A DNA stretch of 63,142 nt, counting the filler, from Octopus bimaculoides (lineage: Eukaryota): the NCBI RefSeq assembly GCF_001194135.2. It is 7 parts of 7 records of this genome, joined end to end, with 100 filler letters (N's around TTAATTAATTAA, not from the genome) between each part and the next. Parts side by side here need not be neighbours in the genome. Positions count along the whole stretch, not along the records: positions 22,404 to 39,457 come from NC_068987.1; 6 more parts are not named here. The stretch is one strand, 5' to 3'. This document shows, piece by piece, positions 24,781 to 37,117 of the stretch (the stretch's first letter is position 1; each line of letters opens with the position of its first letter). The position numbers and the translations under genes are program-made. The notes under the pieces were generated by a model. It was not told the origin of the DNA. It was given only the letters and a program-made list of their open reading frames with translations, and made no database searches.

Positions 24781-25779
24781 TCATCGCCCTCATAATAAAG
24801 CTTTTTATCGATCACTTCCCATTACGAAAGCATCAAAATAAATAAATAAATAATAATAATAATAATAATAATATAATAATAATATCAATCAAGACATAAT
24901 TTCTTTCATTCGCATTCTCCAATCTCATTAAAACATGCGGGTACAGTTTACTCAGATTCACAATTTGCACAAACACACTGCAGTCACAACAACAACAATA
25001 ATAATAATAAATAATAATAATAAAACGCAACTAAAAAAAGCCCACACTATTTTCTTGTATAGAGTAGTATGAGGAGACCGCAATACACCACTTACTCACT
25101 AGTGACTACTTACTAGTCACTTATTTAATTACACTGAGCTCAACGTATGGCTCTTGTATATATATAAATATATATACAATATATATATGTTTTACTTAGA
25201 TAAGCTGAAAGGTAAAACTACGTGTTTTTCTTTTTTTTTTAGACAGCTTACCCTCTTTTGGAGTCAACGATGGAGTTAATTCATAAGTGTGTGTACATAT
25301 ATGAGAGCTGTTTCGTTGTTTCGACCCAACAACAAACATAAACTTTCTCTCTCTTTCTCCACAGAGACACGGCACGGTAACAACCATGCTAGAAGCAAAT
25401 CACTTTTCACATCTGAGATTTCAGTAAGTAAATGGCTGTTATTTATTTTGCTATCGTTTAGTTATTTCTTCTTTCTTCACGTCAACAACACTTAAATATA
25501 TAATGAATGGCTTTGAAATATATTTATTTACGAGTGTTATTAAATGATTATAACTTCATTATTAAAATCATCATTATCATCACTGTCCTTGTAATGTCCC
25601 CCACCCCCAAGAGATGCCCCTCTGGCAAATACAAGAAATCATCATCTTTATTATTATTTGGCTTGTTTGGTTATATTTTATCTTTATGTTTGTTTTATGA
25701 ATTATTTGGAGCTTTCGGTGTATTTATTTACAAAGTTGTGGTATAGAAAAGTTACGACTATCACGTTTAGTCTTCTTTG

Positions 25780-25817
<38 letters not shown>

Positions 25818-26054
25818 NNNNNNNNNNNNNNNNNNNNNNNNNNNNNNNNNNNNNNNNNNNNNNNNNNNNNNNNNNNNNNNNNNNNNNNNNNNNNNNNNNN
25901 NNNNNNNNNNNNNNNNNNNNNNNTGTGTGTGTGTGTGTGTGTGTATACATACCTTTTCGTGTTGTTTGCATGTTCAGAGCATTTTAGTTGATTATATACC
26001 CATTTAAAGGGTTCATCATACTAGAGGTCAATTGTTATTGCTGGCATATATATA

Positions 26055-26190
26055 TGTCTTCGAAACGTCTAGATAGAATAGAGACAGCTGATGAAGGGAT
26101 ATTCCAAGTGGCTTTCCGTTTTCCTATGTGTTCGTTCCGTTGTCTGTAGTTTATTGTTCTAACGTCCTGTACCCTGATATGCATGTATAT
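26055..26190 (+). mobile_element. Repeat family F with hammerhead half-motifs (related copies at 35341-35390 + and 60535-60710 -)
   Basis: CGAAACGTC ... CTGATGAAGGG in permuted order; shared 3' end acgtcctgtacc..atatgca across copies. Confidence 0.55.
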
Positions 26191-26438
26191 ACACATGTAG
26201 ATGTAAGTATGTACATATATGTGTGTATACATGTATATATATTCTTTGTATTATATATATATATATATATATATATTCCCCCTTAAAATATTGTACTCAT
26301 CCAGCTAGGAATTAAGTTTGTTACTTTTGAACATGAGGTTCTTTTCTTAGTAAATATTTATTTATTTATTCACGTGTGTATATAGATAGAGAGATAGATA
26401 TTGATGTATCGTGTGTTGTAAATGTATGCCCAGACCTT

Positions 26439-26469
<31 letters not shown>

Positions 26470-26660
26470 ATATACGTGTAGAGACACATACACACCCATA
26501 CAGACACGCGAACGCACACACAATATACATATAGATACACATACACACTTATACAAGCACGCAAACACACACACACACTGACTTTGGTAAGTGCCATGCT
26601 CGAAAATCCCGACCCTTGCCTTATTTTGTAACTTCTACCCCCTATTAAAAATTCCAAAAG

Positions 26661-26702
<42 letters not shown>

Positions 26703-27559
26703 TAAATTATAGGGTAGCAAAGAAAATTTTAGAACTAAACTATGTGTGTGTGNNNNNNNNNNNNNNNNNNNNNNNNNNNNNNNNNNNNNNNNNNNNNNNN
26801 NNNNNNNNNNNNNNNNNNNNNNNNNNNNNNNNNNNNNNNNNNNNNNNNNNNNNNNNNNNNNNNNNNNNNNNNNNNNNNNNNNNNNNNNNNNNNNNNNNNN
26901 NNNNNNNNNNNNNNNNNNNNNNNNNNNNNNNNNNNNNNNNNNNNNNNNNNNNNNNNNNNNNNNNNNNNNNNNNNNNNNNNNNNNNNNNNNNNNNNNNNNN
27001 NNNNNNNTGTCGATGACGAACTGAGATCTTCACTACAACAAACCTCCCACTTAGCTTCTTCTTTTTCACTTAAACTTTGTTGTTAAAATCACTGACAGTT
27101 GTTTTAATTAATCATCTTCTAAACCAATTGACACACCGTCTTTTTATTTAGTGGGTTGTTTGTAGCACTAAATAAAGCCACAATGTTTTTCTAAATTAAG
27201 ACCGGAGGATGTATTTTGAAAGAAACTAGGCTGTATTTCTTTTATGGAAGTTGGGAGCAAACACGCTGGTTTGTTTCAATGGTAGTTAAAAAAAGAACCA
27301 GATAATACTTAAATTGTTTATTCACAATGTCTTTCTTTCTTTCTCCTTCCATCTCCCTGCATGGTGTTTTTATATTTCCTTTTTTGTTCTTAACTTTATC
27401 TCAGCTACTTCCTGTTCGTTCTTGTCTTTGTTTTAAACTTAAGTCAGTGGCTGTATGTCTGGTACGCTACATTCATTAGGTGCACACACACACGTACACA
27501 TATATACGCACACACCCACACACACACATACATGTATGTATACACATCGCCACAAGAGA

Positions 27560-27780
27560 AAAACCCTCATTGTGGTCGGTTGATCTGCTAGCAATAGCAG
27601 CCAAATTTACATCAAATCATACTTTATCGTCTTAAAAAATTTAAAAGACACACTTGAATACTGTAATTCTGGGTTCTTTACATACAAGAAAAAGACAGGA
27701 TGGTTGTGGCTGAAATGCCTTCGCCTTTGATTGATCCATAGGTCTATCGATCAAAGCTGACCTGGGGCTGAACGATACTG
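27560..27780 (+). mobile_element. Dispersed repeat family E copy
   Basis: gtggtcggttgatctgctagcaatagcagccaaat...gacaggatgg...ctgacctggggctgaac. Confidence 0.7.
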
Positions 27781-28304
27781 GTGCATAAAATTTGTATATC
27801 AAGACTTAACATGAAACCAGTGGTAACCTTTATACACACACACAAACAACTTTCGAAATTGCCTAGTTGTTTTAGCAAGTTAGAAATTTCATTAAATCAA
27901 CTTCTATATTTATTTTTCACAATCAGTTTCGTACATAACTATTATTGTATTTCGGGTTATTTGAAAATTTCTAACAAGTTTTAAGCGCTAAAAAGAAAAA
28001 AAAAAATTATTTTCATTGCATATTGAGATTATTTCGCTAATTTTTCTCTTTAATAAACCTCTGAATCGTTAGAAACAATATCAATTAGGTTATCAGTAAG
28101 TTTTAGTCATTTCGATATAGAACAGCTGTTCTTTGTCGACTTGGCTTCATTTCCTCTTTCACTCTGTAATATAACAACCAATCTTTAAAGCAACTGTCAT
28201 CTATTTTATAATATAATTTACTACTTTTTAGAGGCAGTTTTACTTCTTTTTATTTTCCCTTTTTAAAATTTTTAGTGCCATCTGGAAGACTTCTAATGTG
28301 AGAG

Positions 28305-28665
28305 TGTGATTGTGCAGTGAGAAGTTTGCTTACCAAACCACATGGTTTTGGGTTCAGTCCCACTGCATGGCACTTTGAGCAACTGTTGTCTACTATAGCT
28401 TCGAACCGACCGAAATCTTTTAAGTGGAATTTGATAGTTGGAAAGTCTTTCATATATGTGTGTATGTGTGTTTGTCCACCACCACCGCTTGACAACTGGT
28501 GTTGGTCTGTTTACATCCCCGTAAACTAGCGGTTCAGCTTAAGAGACAGATGGAATAGGTACAAGACTTTTTTTTTTTTTTCATTAAAAAAAGTGCTAGG
28601 GTTTTTTTGTTCGATTAAACTCTTGGTGGTGCCCCAGCATGACCGCAGTCCAATGACTGGAAGAG
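28305..28665 (+). mobile_element. SINE family A, diverged
   Basis: Colinear with the 31630 copy, with many substitutions. Confidence 0.85.
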
Positions 28666-30236
28666 ATGAATGATATTAAATAAAAATAGTTACTAGATGA
28701 ATAGCAAAATATAGATATTAATTGGATATAAAGAAAAAAAAAAAGCATTTGTTTGTTTTTTAATGTTTTGTATAGATTTGTTTATTTCTAACATGCTTCA
28801 CTCTTAATATTGAGAAATTGTCAGCTTGTTTTGACGTTTTGTTTTGACGGAACAAAAAAAAAATGTTGACTAAATTCTCTGTTACTACTACNNNNNNNNN
28901 NNNNNNNNNNNNNNNNNNNNNNNNNNNNNNNNNNNNNNNNNNNNNNNNNNNNNNNNNNNNNNNNNNNNNNNNNNNNNNNNNNNNNNNNNNNNNNNNNNNN
29001 NNNNNNNNNNNNNNNNNNNNNNNNNNNNNNNNNNNNNNNNNNNNNNNNNNNNNNNNNNNNNNNNNNNNNNNNNNNNNNNNNNNNNNNNNNNNNNNNNNNN
29101 NNNNNNNNNNNNNNNNNNNNNNNNNNNNNNNNNNNNNNNNNNNNNNNNNNNNNNNNNNNNNNNNNNNNNNNNNNNNNNNNNNNNNNNNNNNNNNNNNNNN
29201 NNNNNNNNNNNNNNNNNNNNNNNNNNNNNNNNNNNNNNNNNNNNNNNNNNNNNNNNNNNNNNNNNNNNNNNNNNNNNNNNNNNNNNNNNNNNNNNNNNNN
29301 NNNNNNNNNNNNNNNNNNNNNNNNNNNNNNNNNNNNNNNNNNNNNNNNNNNNNNNNNNNNNNNNNNNNNNNNNNNNNNNNNNNNNNNNNNNNNNNNNNNN
29401 NNNNNNNNNNNNNNNNNNNNNNNNNNNNNNNNNNNNNNNNNNNNNNNNNNNNNNNNNNNNNNNNNNNNNNNNNNNNNNNNNNNNNNNNNNNNNNNNNNNN
29501 NNNNNNNNNNNNNNNNNNNNNNNNNNNNNNNNNNNNNNNNNNNNNNNNNNNNNNNNNNNNNNNNNNNNNNNNNNNNNNNNNNNNNNNNNNNNNNNNNNNN
29601 NNNNNNNNNNNNNNNNNNNNNNNNNNNNNNNNNNNNNNNNNNNNNNNNNNNNNNNNNNNNNCCCCCCCCCCCCAAAAAAAAAGGTTGCTTATTTTTCATA
29701 ATCATATGAATCCTGTGTGTAGTACACAAATTCGCAAAAAATTTCCAAAAATTCCAAAAAATACAAAAGGCTATGAGGGGTTACATGGGGTCCTTAAACC
29801 AGAATTCTGCCCATTTTAATTGCAGGTCATGATATTGTAAACTTTTGAAATATTGTTTTTTTTTCATTTTACAACCATAAATATTTGTCTGTTTCTTTTC
29901 CACATAACTCCACTCACAAATTTGCAGCTGTTTGAAATAAGAGCTATCATGGTTGACACAAGGATTTTTGTTTGTACTCAAGTTTCTTCGTTCTAGTTTC
30001 TACATTCAAATCTCGCTTATGTTGACATTCATTTTCGTCCCTTTCGTGTTTGTTGATTCAATCGACAGTAACCACTTCCACAAAATATACGCCTTTGTGC
30101 TTGTAATAGAAATCGATTTTGTTTGGAACAATGAGGAAGTCTTAACAACTATGGGACTGCTCATGTGAATAATACATTACGACTCTTATTCATTCACCTT
30201 TTAAAATCTGTGTAAGAAACTATTATTATTGAGTGA

Positions 30237-30815
30237 GAGAGCAGGGCATGCCATCTAAGTGACACTGGGGTAAAATATACGAAGCCCGGTATACCCATCA
30301 TGACTACCCGTCTGATAAGGGTACACCAGGCACATGTATCACAACCATATGTGCGCGATATAGTGATCTCATATCAAGATAAACAGCACATGACCTCGCA
30401 GGTGGGGCCCAGTTAGAATTTTCTTCAGGTCAAGTAGCCCATCCCGCTCAAAAGGTCCTTGAATAAAGGTTGTTTAAGGATGTTGAACGAAACGCCCATG
30501 TTTCCAAAGGTGAATTATCCAAACCCCAAAGAATTCCTCTCAACACATGACTATGATGCTCCCCCACTACTTCTGCTCCTGATCAGAGATGCACATATCA
30601 TCAGCCACCAAGGGACATGCTCAACTGGTTAAGGTCAAGCAACTGACAAGCAAATCTGTGGTATTGGGCAGAATATTTGCTGTAGCCCACCTTTTATACC
30701 AAGACAAAACAATGTACATGATAACACTTCCAATCAGTTAAGATCAGAAGCCATGAGAGCCACTGCCTGGTACTGCATCCGGGCATTATTATTATTATTA
30801 TTGTTATTATTATTA
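30237..30815 (+). mobile_element. ~550-bp non-coding element ending in an (ATT)n tail (retroposed element or LINE 3' end)
   Basis: GC-richer block ending ...tgcatccgggc followed by (ATT)n. Single copy in this window; family assignment is from recollection only. Confidence 0.5.
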
Positions 30816-30819
30816 TTAT

Positions 30820-31215
30820 AAGGTGGCAAACTGGTAGAATTATTAGCACATTGGGCAAAATGCTCTGCAGCATTTCATCTGTCTTCATGTTCTGAATTCA
30901 AATTTTACCAATGCCGACTTTGTCTTTCATCCTTTGGGGGTTGATAAAATAAGTACCGGCTGAGCACTGAGCTCGATGTGATCGGCCCAACCTCTCCCCC
31001 AAAATTTCAGGCCTTGTGCCTATAACAGAAAGGATTATTATTATTTGTAAGGCAACAAGCTGGCAAAATCATAAACAAACCTTTCATCCTTTTGGGGTCG
31101 ATAAATTAAGTACCATTTACTCATTGGGGGTTGATGTAATCAACTTAATCCCTTTGTCTCTCCTTGTTTGTCCCCTCTATGTTTAGCCCTTTGTGGGCAA
31201 TAAAGAAATAAGAAT
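30820..31215 (+). mobile_element. SINE family B, two tandem diverged/partial copies
   Basis: aaggtggcaaactggtagaattattagcac..gttctgaattcaaat..ctttcatcctttggggt; the second copy ends in ttgtgggcaataaagaaataag, as at 5240. Confidence 0.85.
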
Positions 31216-31274
31216 CATAAAAAAACACGTGTGTGTGTGTGTGTGTATATATATGTGTGCTCGAAAGTGCACTA

Positions 31275-31460
31275 CTAGCATAATGAATGGGGAAAGCTTG
31301 GTTTGCAATGTTTGTAGTCGTGTAAGCTTGTCAAGAGCAGGGCTCATTAGCCACCAATGGAAGTGCAAATGCAAAATATAAGTTAATCCTGGAGCGTACA
31401 ATGTTCCTGAAGGTCAGCAACGGCCTTCCTCAGTCACGAGTGGGTGGCCATCATACACAC
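31275..31460 (+). mobile_element. RTE-type LINE 3' end (terminal zinc finger + 3' UTR)
   Basis: Translation LVCNVCSRVSLSRAGLISHQWKCK followed by ...cggccttcctcagtcacgag..gccatcat. Confidence 0.65.
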
Positions 31461-31629
31461 GTACACACACAAAGAAGTTTCTTTCAGTGAACTCTCTGTG
31501 TAATGCACCAGAACTGAACCCAAGACTTCATGGCTGGGAAACTAGCTTCTTAACCATACAACCACTTCTGCACCAGTATATCTGCTTGATAAAGGTTGAA
31601 CCTAGGGTTAAACAAAAATCAGTGACTAA

Positions 31630-31782
31630 GAGTGGCTGTGTGGTAAGTAGCTTGCTTACCAACCACATGGTTCTGGGTTCAGTGCCACTGTATGGCACCT
31701 TGGGCAAGTGTCTTCTACTATAGCCTCGGGCCGACCAAAGCCTTGTGAGTGGATTTGGTAGACGGAAACTGAAAGAAGCCCG

Positions 31783-31828
<46 letters not shown>

Positions 31829-32043
31829 TTGTATATGTTTGTGTGTCTGTGTTTGTCCCCACAACATCACTTGACAACCGATGCTGGCGTGTTTACGTCC
31901 CCGTAACTTAACGGTTCGGCAAAAGAGACCGATAGAATAAGTACTAGGCTTCCAAAGAATAAGTCCTGGGGTCAATTTGCTCGACTAAAGGCGGTGCTCC
32001 AGCATGGCCGCAGTCAAATGACTGAAACAAGTAAAAGAGTAAG
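31630..32043 (+). mobile_element. SINE family A, complete ungapped copy (reference copy)
   Basis: A-box GTGGCTGTGTGG, B-box GGTTCAGTGCC, core CCTTGGGCAAGTGTCTTC, internal (TA)n/(TG)n tract, and 3' end aaatgactgaaacaagtaaaagagtaag. Confidence 0.95.
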
Positions 32044-33155
32044 TGTTTGTGTGTGTGATCCATGGATGTTACTAAGAATGTCAGAGAGAGAATTTGTCAT
32101 ATTTCTCATAAGAAGTTTACAAATGGCCACTTCCTCACTTCAGTTAAATTTCAGTCTGTATATTGTGTTCATTGTTAATTTAAATGCTACGAATGTGAAA
32201 TAGGTTTAATTTTGGAATGGTGTTAAATGGTATATTTTTGTATACAGTACATTTACTGTTGTTTTTGAGTGTTGCTTTATTTTCAAACAGTATTTATTTC
32301 ATTGCTTGAACTGGGTGAATATGTTTCAATTTTGTTTGCAATTATACAAGTTAGAAAAAGAAAAAAGTCACTTGATGAGGCTATCTGCACAATTAGTAGA
32401 TTAAAAAATTCCATAATGAATGCTTATAAATCATCTTCATTTAACATCAACTTTCTCATGCATGTATGGGTCGGACAGGGTTTATTTGAGAAAGATTTTT
32501 CTATGGTCAGATGCCCTTCCTGTTGTCAACCCTCCTCTTCTTCCAAATAAGGTAATATTTCCCTCATGGCCAGACATGCTCTTGCAGAACACTTGAAATG
32601 AATTACACTGCTTGTATACCAGTGACACTCTTTTACAACTATCACTCCATGTCAAGACAAGAAGACACAAACATACTCACATCCACACACATGTACATGT
32701 TTACATACACACCCACACACTTATGCACACATATGGGCTTCTTTCAGCTTCCAGCTACCAAATCCACTCACAAGGGTTTGATCCACTCAGATAAGTGTTG
32801 AAGACACTTGCTGAAGGAAGGTGCTACAAATTGGGACTGAGTCCAGAACCATATTGCTGGGAAGCAAACTTTTTTACCACAGTCATGCCTGCACCTTAAA
32901 AAAAAATCTTTAAAAAAAAACTAGTGAGGGAAATAACTCCAGTAAGCTCAATTAATTGAAATTTTTGGATAATATAGAAAATGCAAGGAATGCCAACACA
33001 AAGTTCAATCTTTGTCGCAGTGTAGTAGCTTGTGTACCTCGTGACCCTGAGAGCTATACTAGCAAAGTGCAAGCTCCTCATAGGGCCTTCCATACAAGAC
33101 AGGTCAAAGGGTAGAGGCTAGACTAATATGGACCATCTCTATTACCCTTCATAAC

Positions 33156-33194
<39 letters not shown>

Positions 33195-33196
<2 letters not shown>

Positions 33197-33459
33197 GGGT
33201 GCATAAGGTATTTGAGGACATTTTTGGGGGCCATTGCTGCATATTTTGCTAACTCTGTATAATCTTTGTTTCAGAAAATAATAATGGCAGACCCTCCACT
33301 TACTCAAGAAATGAAGAGGCATGCTGTTATTTTGGTTATAAAGGTGGAGCATAACGATTTAAAAGTATCTCTAGTTTTAAAAGTTGCCAGATCTTTTGTC
33401 TACAAACTTTGTAAGGAGCTAGAGACTGAAGATGGAAACGTATCACCAGTATCAAAGCG
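33195..33459 (+). mobile_element. Duplicate of the maT left end (probably an unmerged contig overlap)
   Basis: Essentially identical, flank included, to 33557-33876; separated from it only by an N gap. Confidence 0.7.
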
Positions 33460-33572
33460 NNNNNNNNNNNNNNNNNNNNNNNNNNNNNNNNNNNNNNNNN
33501 NNNNNNNNNNNNNNNNNNNNNNNNNNNNNNNNNNNNNNNNNNNNNNNNNNNNNNNCTATTACCCTTCATAAC

Positions 33573-33611
<39 letters not shown>

Positions 33612-33613
<2 letters not shown>

Positions 33614-34832
33614 GGGTGCATAAGGTATTTGAGGACATTTTTGGGGGCCATTGCTGCATATTTTGCTAACTCTGTATAATCTTTGTTTCAGAAAATAATA
33701 ATGGCAGACCCTCCACTTACTCAAGAAATGAAGAGGCATGCTGTTATTTTGGTTATAAAGGTGGAGCATAACGATTTAAAAGTATCTCTAGTTTTAAAAG
33801 TTGCCAGATCTTTTGTCTACAAACTTTGTAAGGAGCTAGAGACTGAAGATGGAAACGTATCACCAGTATCAAAGCGCAAAATGCATTCTAAATGCTCTGA
33901 AATCATCAGAACACCTGAATTTATCTAGCAAGTTCAACAGACTATTGATTACAATCCCATGATGTCAATTTTTAAAATATCTCCATGTGTCAGAAGGAAC
34001 AGTCAGAAATGTTATCCACAAAGATATCAGCTATAAGTGTTATATGATGAGGAAAGGTCAATTTATGTCAGAAGAAGCAAAAGAAAATCACTACATCAGA
34101 TCTAAAAGGCTCTTAAACAAACTGAAAAATCCAGCAGAAGATTTGATTTGGTTTTTCTCAAACGAGAAAAACTTAGACCAAAATCAAAAAGTTAACAGAA
34201 GAAATGACAGATGGTTATGTGCAGACCCTTCTGAAGTTCCAAGTGTTATACATACAAAATTTCCTGCAACTGTCATGGTTTTAAGGGTTGTCAGTAATGA
34301 AGGACATGTGATGTCTCCTTACTTCTTTCCACAAGGCTTTAGAGTTAACTCTGCCACCTACATTGAGGTCCTGGAAATAATTGTTAAGCCCTGGGTAGAC
34401 AGTGTATACAATGGAAGGCCAGATGTGTTTCAGTAAGACTCTGTACTATCACACAAGGCTCTAGTAACACAGGAATGGATGGCTGAAAATTTTCATGATC
34501 ACATAACCCCTAACATTTGGCTTCCTAATTCCCCAGATCTCAGTCCATTGGACTATTACATGTGGAGCTTTTTTGAGAGAGAGAGGTCGATGAACATGCC
34601 CATAACACCAAGGATTCTTTGAAAGCTGCCATAGTCAGAGTAATGTCCAAAATGAACCAGGACCACTTGATTCAAGCATGTAAATGATTTAGATCTCGTC
34701 CAGAAGCAGTTGTTGAAGCTGAAGGTGGCTTTATTGAATAACATTATAGAAAAGAAGGTTTCTTTTTATCCTCATAGCATTTTCTGATAAATAAGGTTAT
34801 TATCTGTTATTATATATCTGTTTTTTTTATAA
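33612..34832 (+). mobile_element. Tc1/mariner superfamily, maT (DD37D) DNA transposon, inactive
   Basis: Left end CAGGGTG after a (TA)n run and short CA spacer; transposase motifs WFFSNEKNLDQ, FQ*DSVLSHK, PNSPDLSPLDYYMW and C-terminal EAVVEAEGGFIE*. I count 37 residues between the second and third catalytic Asp positions. Right TIR is probably in the gap from 34833. Confidence 0.92.
33701..34741 (+). pseudogene. maT transposase pseudogene
   Basis: Stops at 33926-33928 and 34434-34436, frameshifts, and first catalytic Asp changed to Asn (FSNEK). Confidence 0.9.
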
Positions 34833-35458
34833 NNNNNNNNNNNNNNNNNNNNNNNNNNNNNNNNNNNNNNNNNNNNNNNNNNNNNNNNNNNNNNNNNNNN
34901 NNNNNNNNNNNNNNNNNNNNNNNNNNNNNNNNNNNNNNNNNNNNNNNNNNNNNNNNNNNNNNNNNNNNNNNNNNNNNNNNNNNNNNNNNNNNNNNNNNNN
35001 NNNNNNNNNNNNNNNNNNNNNNNNNNNNNNNNNNNNNNNNNNNNNNNNNNNNNNNNNNNNNNNNNNNNNNNNNNNNNNNNNNNNNNNNNNNNNNNNNNNN
35101 NNNNNNNNNNNNNNNNNNNNNNNNNNNNNNNNNNNNNNNNNNNNNNNNNNNNNNNNNNNNNNNNNNNNNNNNNNNNNNNNNNNNNNNNNNNNNNNNNNNN
35201 NNNNNNNNNNNNNNNNNNNNNNNNNNNNNNNNNNNNNNNNNNNNNNNNNNNNNNNNNNNNNNNNNNNNNNNNNNNNNNNNNNNNNNNNNNNNNNNNNNNN
35301 NNNNNNNNNNNNNNNNNNNNNNNNNNNNNNNNNNNNNNNNGTTTTCTCGTCTACGTTTTGTTTGCAATGTCCTGTACCCAGATATGCACCTATACATACA
35401 GGTGGATGTCGGTATGCACATACCTGTACGTATATATGCATATACTCATTTACTATTT

Positions 35459-35492
<34 letters not shown>

Positions 35493-35523
35493 CTAGATAG
35501 ATGTGTATATAGATATGCATATA

Positions 35524-35596
<73 letters not shown>

Positions 35597-35789
35597 GTAT
35601 TCTGCATAAATTCAAAAACAGGGATAAGTGAAAATTTTGTCAATATAAGGTAGAAAGGAAAATGGATATTAGTGCCAGTGCTAATTTTTTTTTTTTACAT
35701 CATGAGTTTATACGGCCCGATGTTAGACTATTTTGTATAGTCAATATATACAGTGAAACCTTATGATTATAGTTACAATATATAAATAG

Positions 35790-35925
35790 ATAGATTGTCC
35801 AGGATTCAATCCCACCATGTGGCACCTTGGGCAAGTGTCTTCTACTATAATTTCAGGTTGACCAAAGCCTTGTGAGTAGATTTGGTAGACAGAAACTGAA
35901 AGAAGCCCATCATGTGTGTGTCATT
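35790..35925 (+). mobile_element. SINE family A, 5' half
   Basis: ggattcaatcccaccatgtggcaccttgggcaagtgtcttctactata..gaaactgaaagaagccc. Confidence 0.9.
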
Positions 35926-35929
35926 TGTT

Positions 35930-36118
35930 CCCGTCATTTGACTGCGGCCATGCTGGAGCACATCCTTAAAGGGTTTTAGTAGAAGAAATCGACCCCAGGA
36001 CTTATTCTTTGTAAGCCTAGTACTTATTCTATCAGTTTCTTTTGCCGAACCGTTAACTTACAGGGACATAAGCACACCAACATCGGTTGTCAAGCGATGC
36101 TGGGGGGATGAGGACACA

Positions 36119-36160
<42 letters not shown>

Positions 36161-36335
36161 GGCTTCTTTTAGTTTCCATCCACTAAATCCACTCACAAAG
36201 CTTTGGTCAACCTGAAATTATAGTAGAAAACACCTATAGTAGAAAACACTTAGCCAAGGTACCACGTAGTGGGACTGAACCCGGAGCCATGTGGTTGGGA
36301 AGCAAGCCTCTTACCACATACCCATGTCTGCAAGC
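35930..36335 (-). mobile_element. SINE family A, full length, inverted relative to its neighbour
   Basis: Reverse complement of the reference copy. Confidence 0.9.
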
Positions 36336-37117
36336 ATATATCTCTCTACGAGTAAAAGGGGAGGAAAAGTGTTTATACTAATCATGTTCAATCAATAAAT
36401 TTTGATCTCTCTCTCTCTATCTGTCTCTTTCTGTGCATTATGTATACAATTATATCTGTGTGAGCATGCATGTCTGTTTGCCTCTAGTCCCAAAACGTAC
36501 TGTGACCAAAACAGATTCAATATCTAGTCAGTTATACCAAACCACCAGCATCCCAAACAGATACTCCCATTCATCCCATTCTGTATTTGAAAATGTTGAG
36601 CCTCACCAATGAGATGGCACTAGATCAAAAGAAGAAGAAAATTAGGATCTTATTAGTTTGGCTGCCAGCATCAATTCTGCTCAAATTGATTTCATATTCA
36701 GTGTAATGATACACTTTTATAGGCTAATTAATGACATGAAAGTAATTTTCTCTATAAATCAATAAATAATGAGTTATTAGCTATTAAAGTTTTGAAAATT
36801 TTGGTAATTTTTAGCCAATCATAAACCACAGACACATTCATGCCTGTTTCGATGGTAAGAAGCAGAACATGAGAACTCTTTTGTCTTTCAATATGCCGGC
36901 TGCCATAGTAACAAGCAACTCCAAGCAGTCTTTGAAAAGTCTTTTATCTGCAAGGAAGCACATGTTGACAAATTTGACGCTGTGTTCTGTGTGATTATGG
37001 CAGCAAGCTCCAGTAACTTCACTTCTATTATGGAAACATTGAAAACAGAGGAGGATATTTCTGAAATTAAAACCGGAAGTTAAATGTTTGTTCTTTTTAA
37101 GCATATTTTGTTCACTA

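Noticed and set aside
33137-33876. Apparent tandem duplication of the maT left end
   Set aside because: Identical sequence, flank included, on both sides of an N gap; most likely an unmerged contig overlap.
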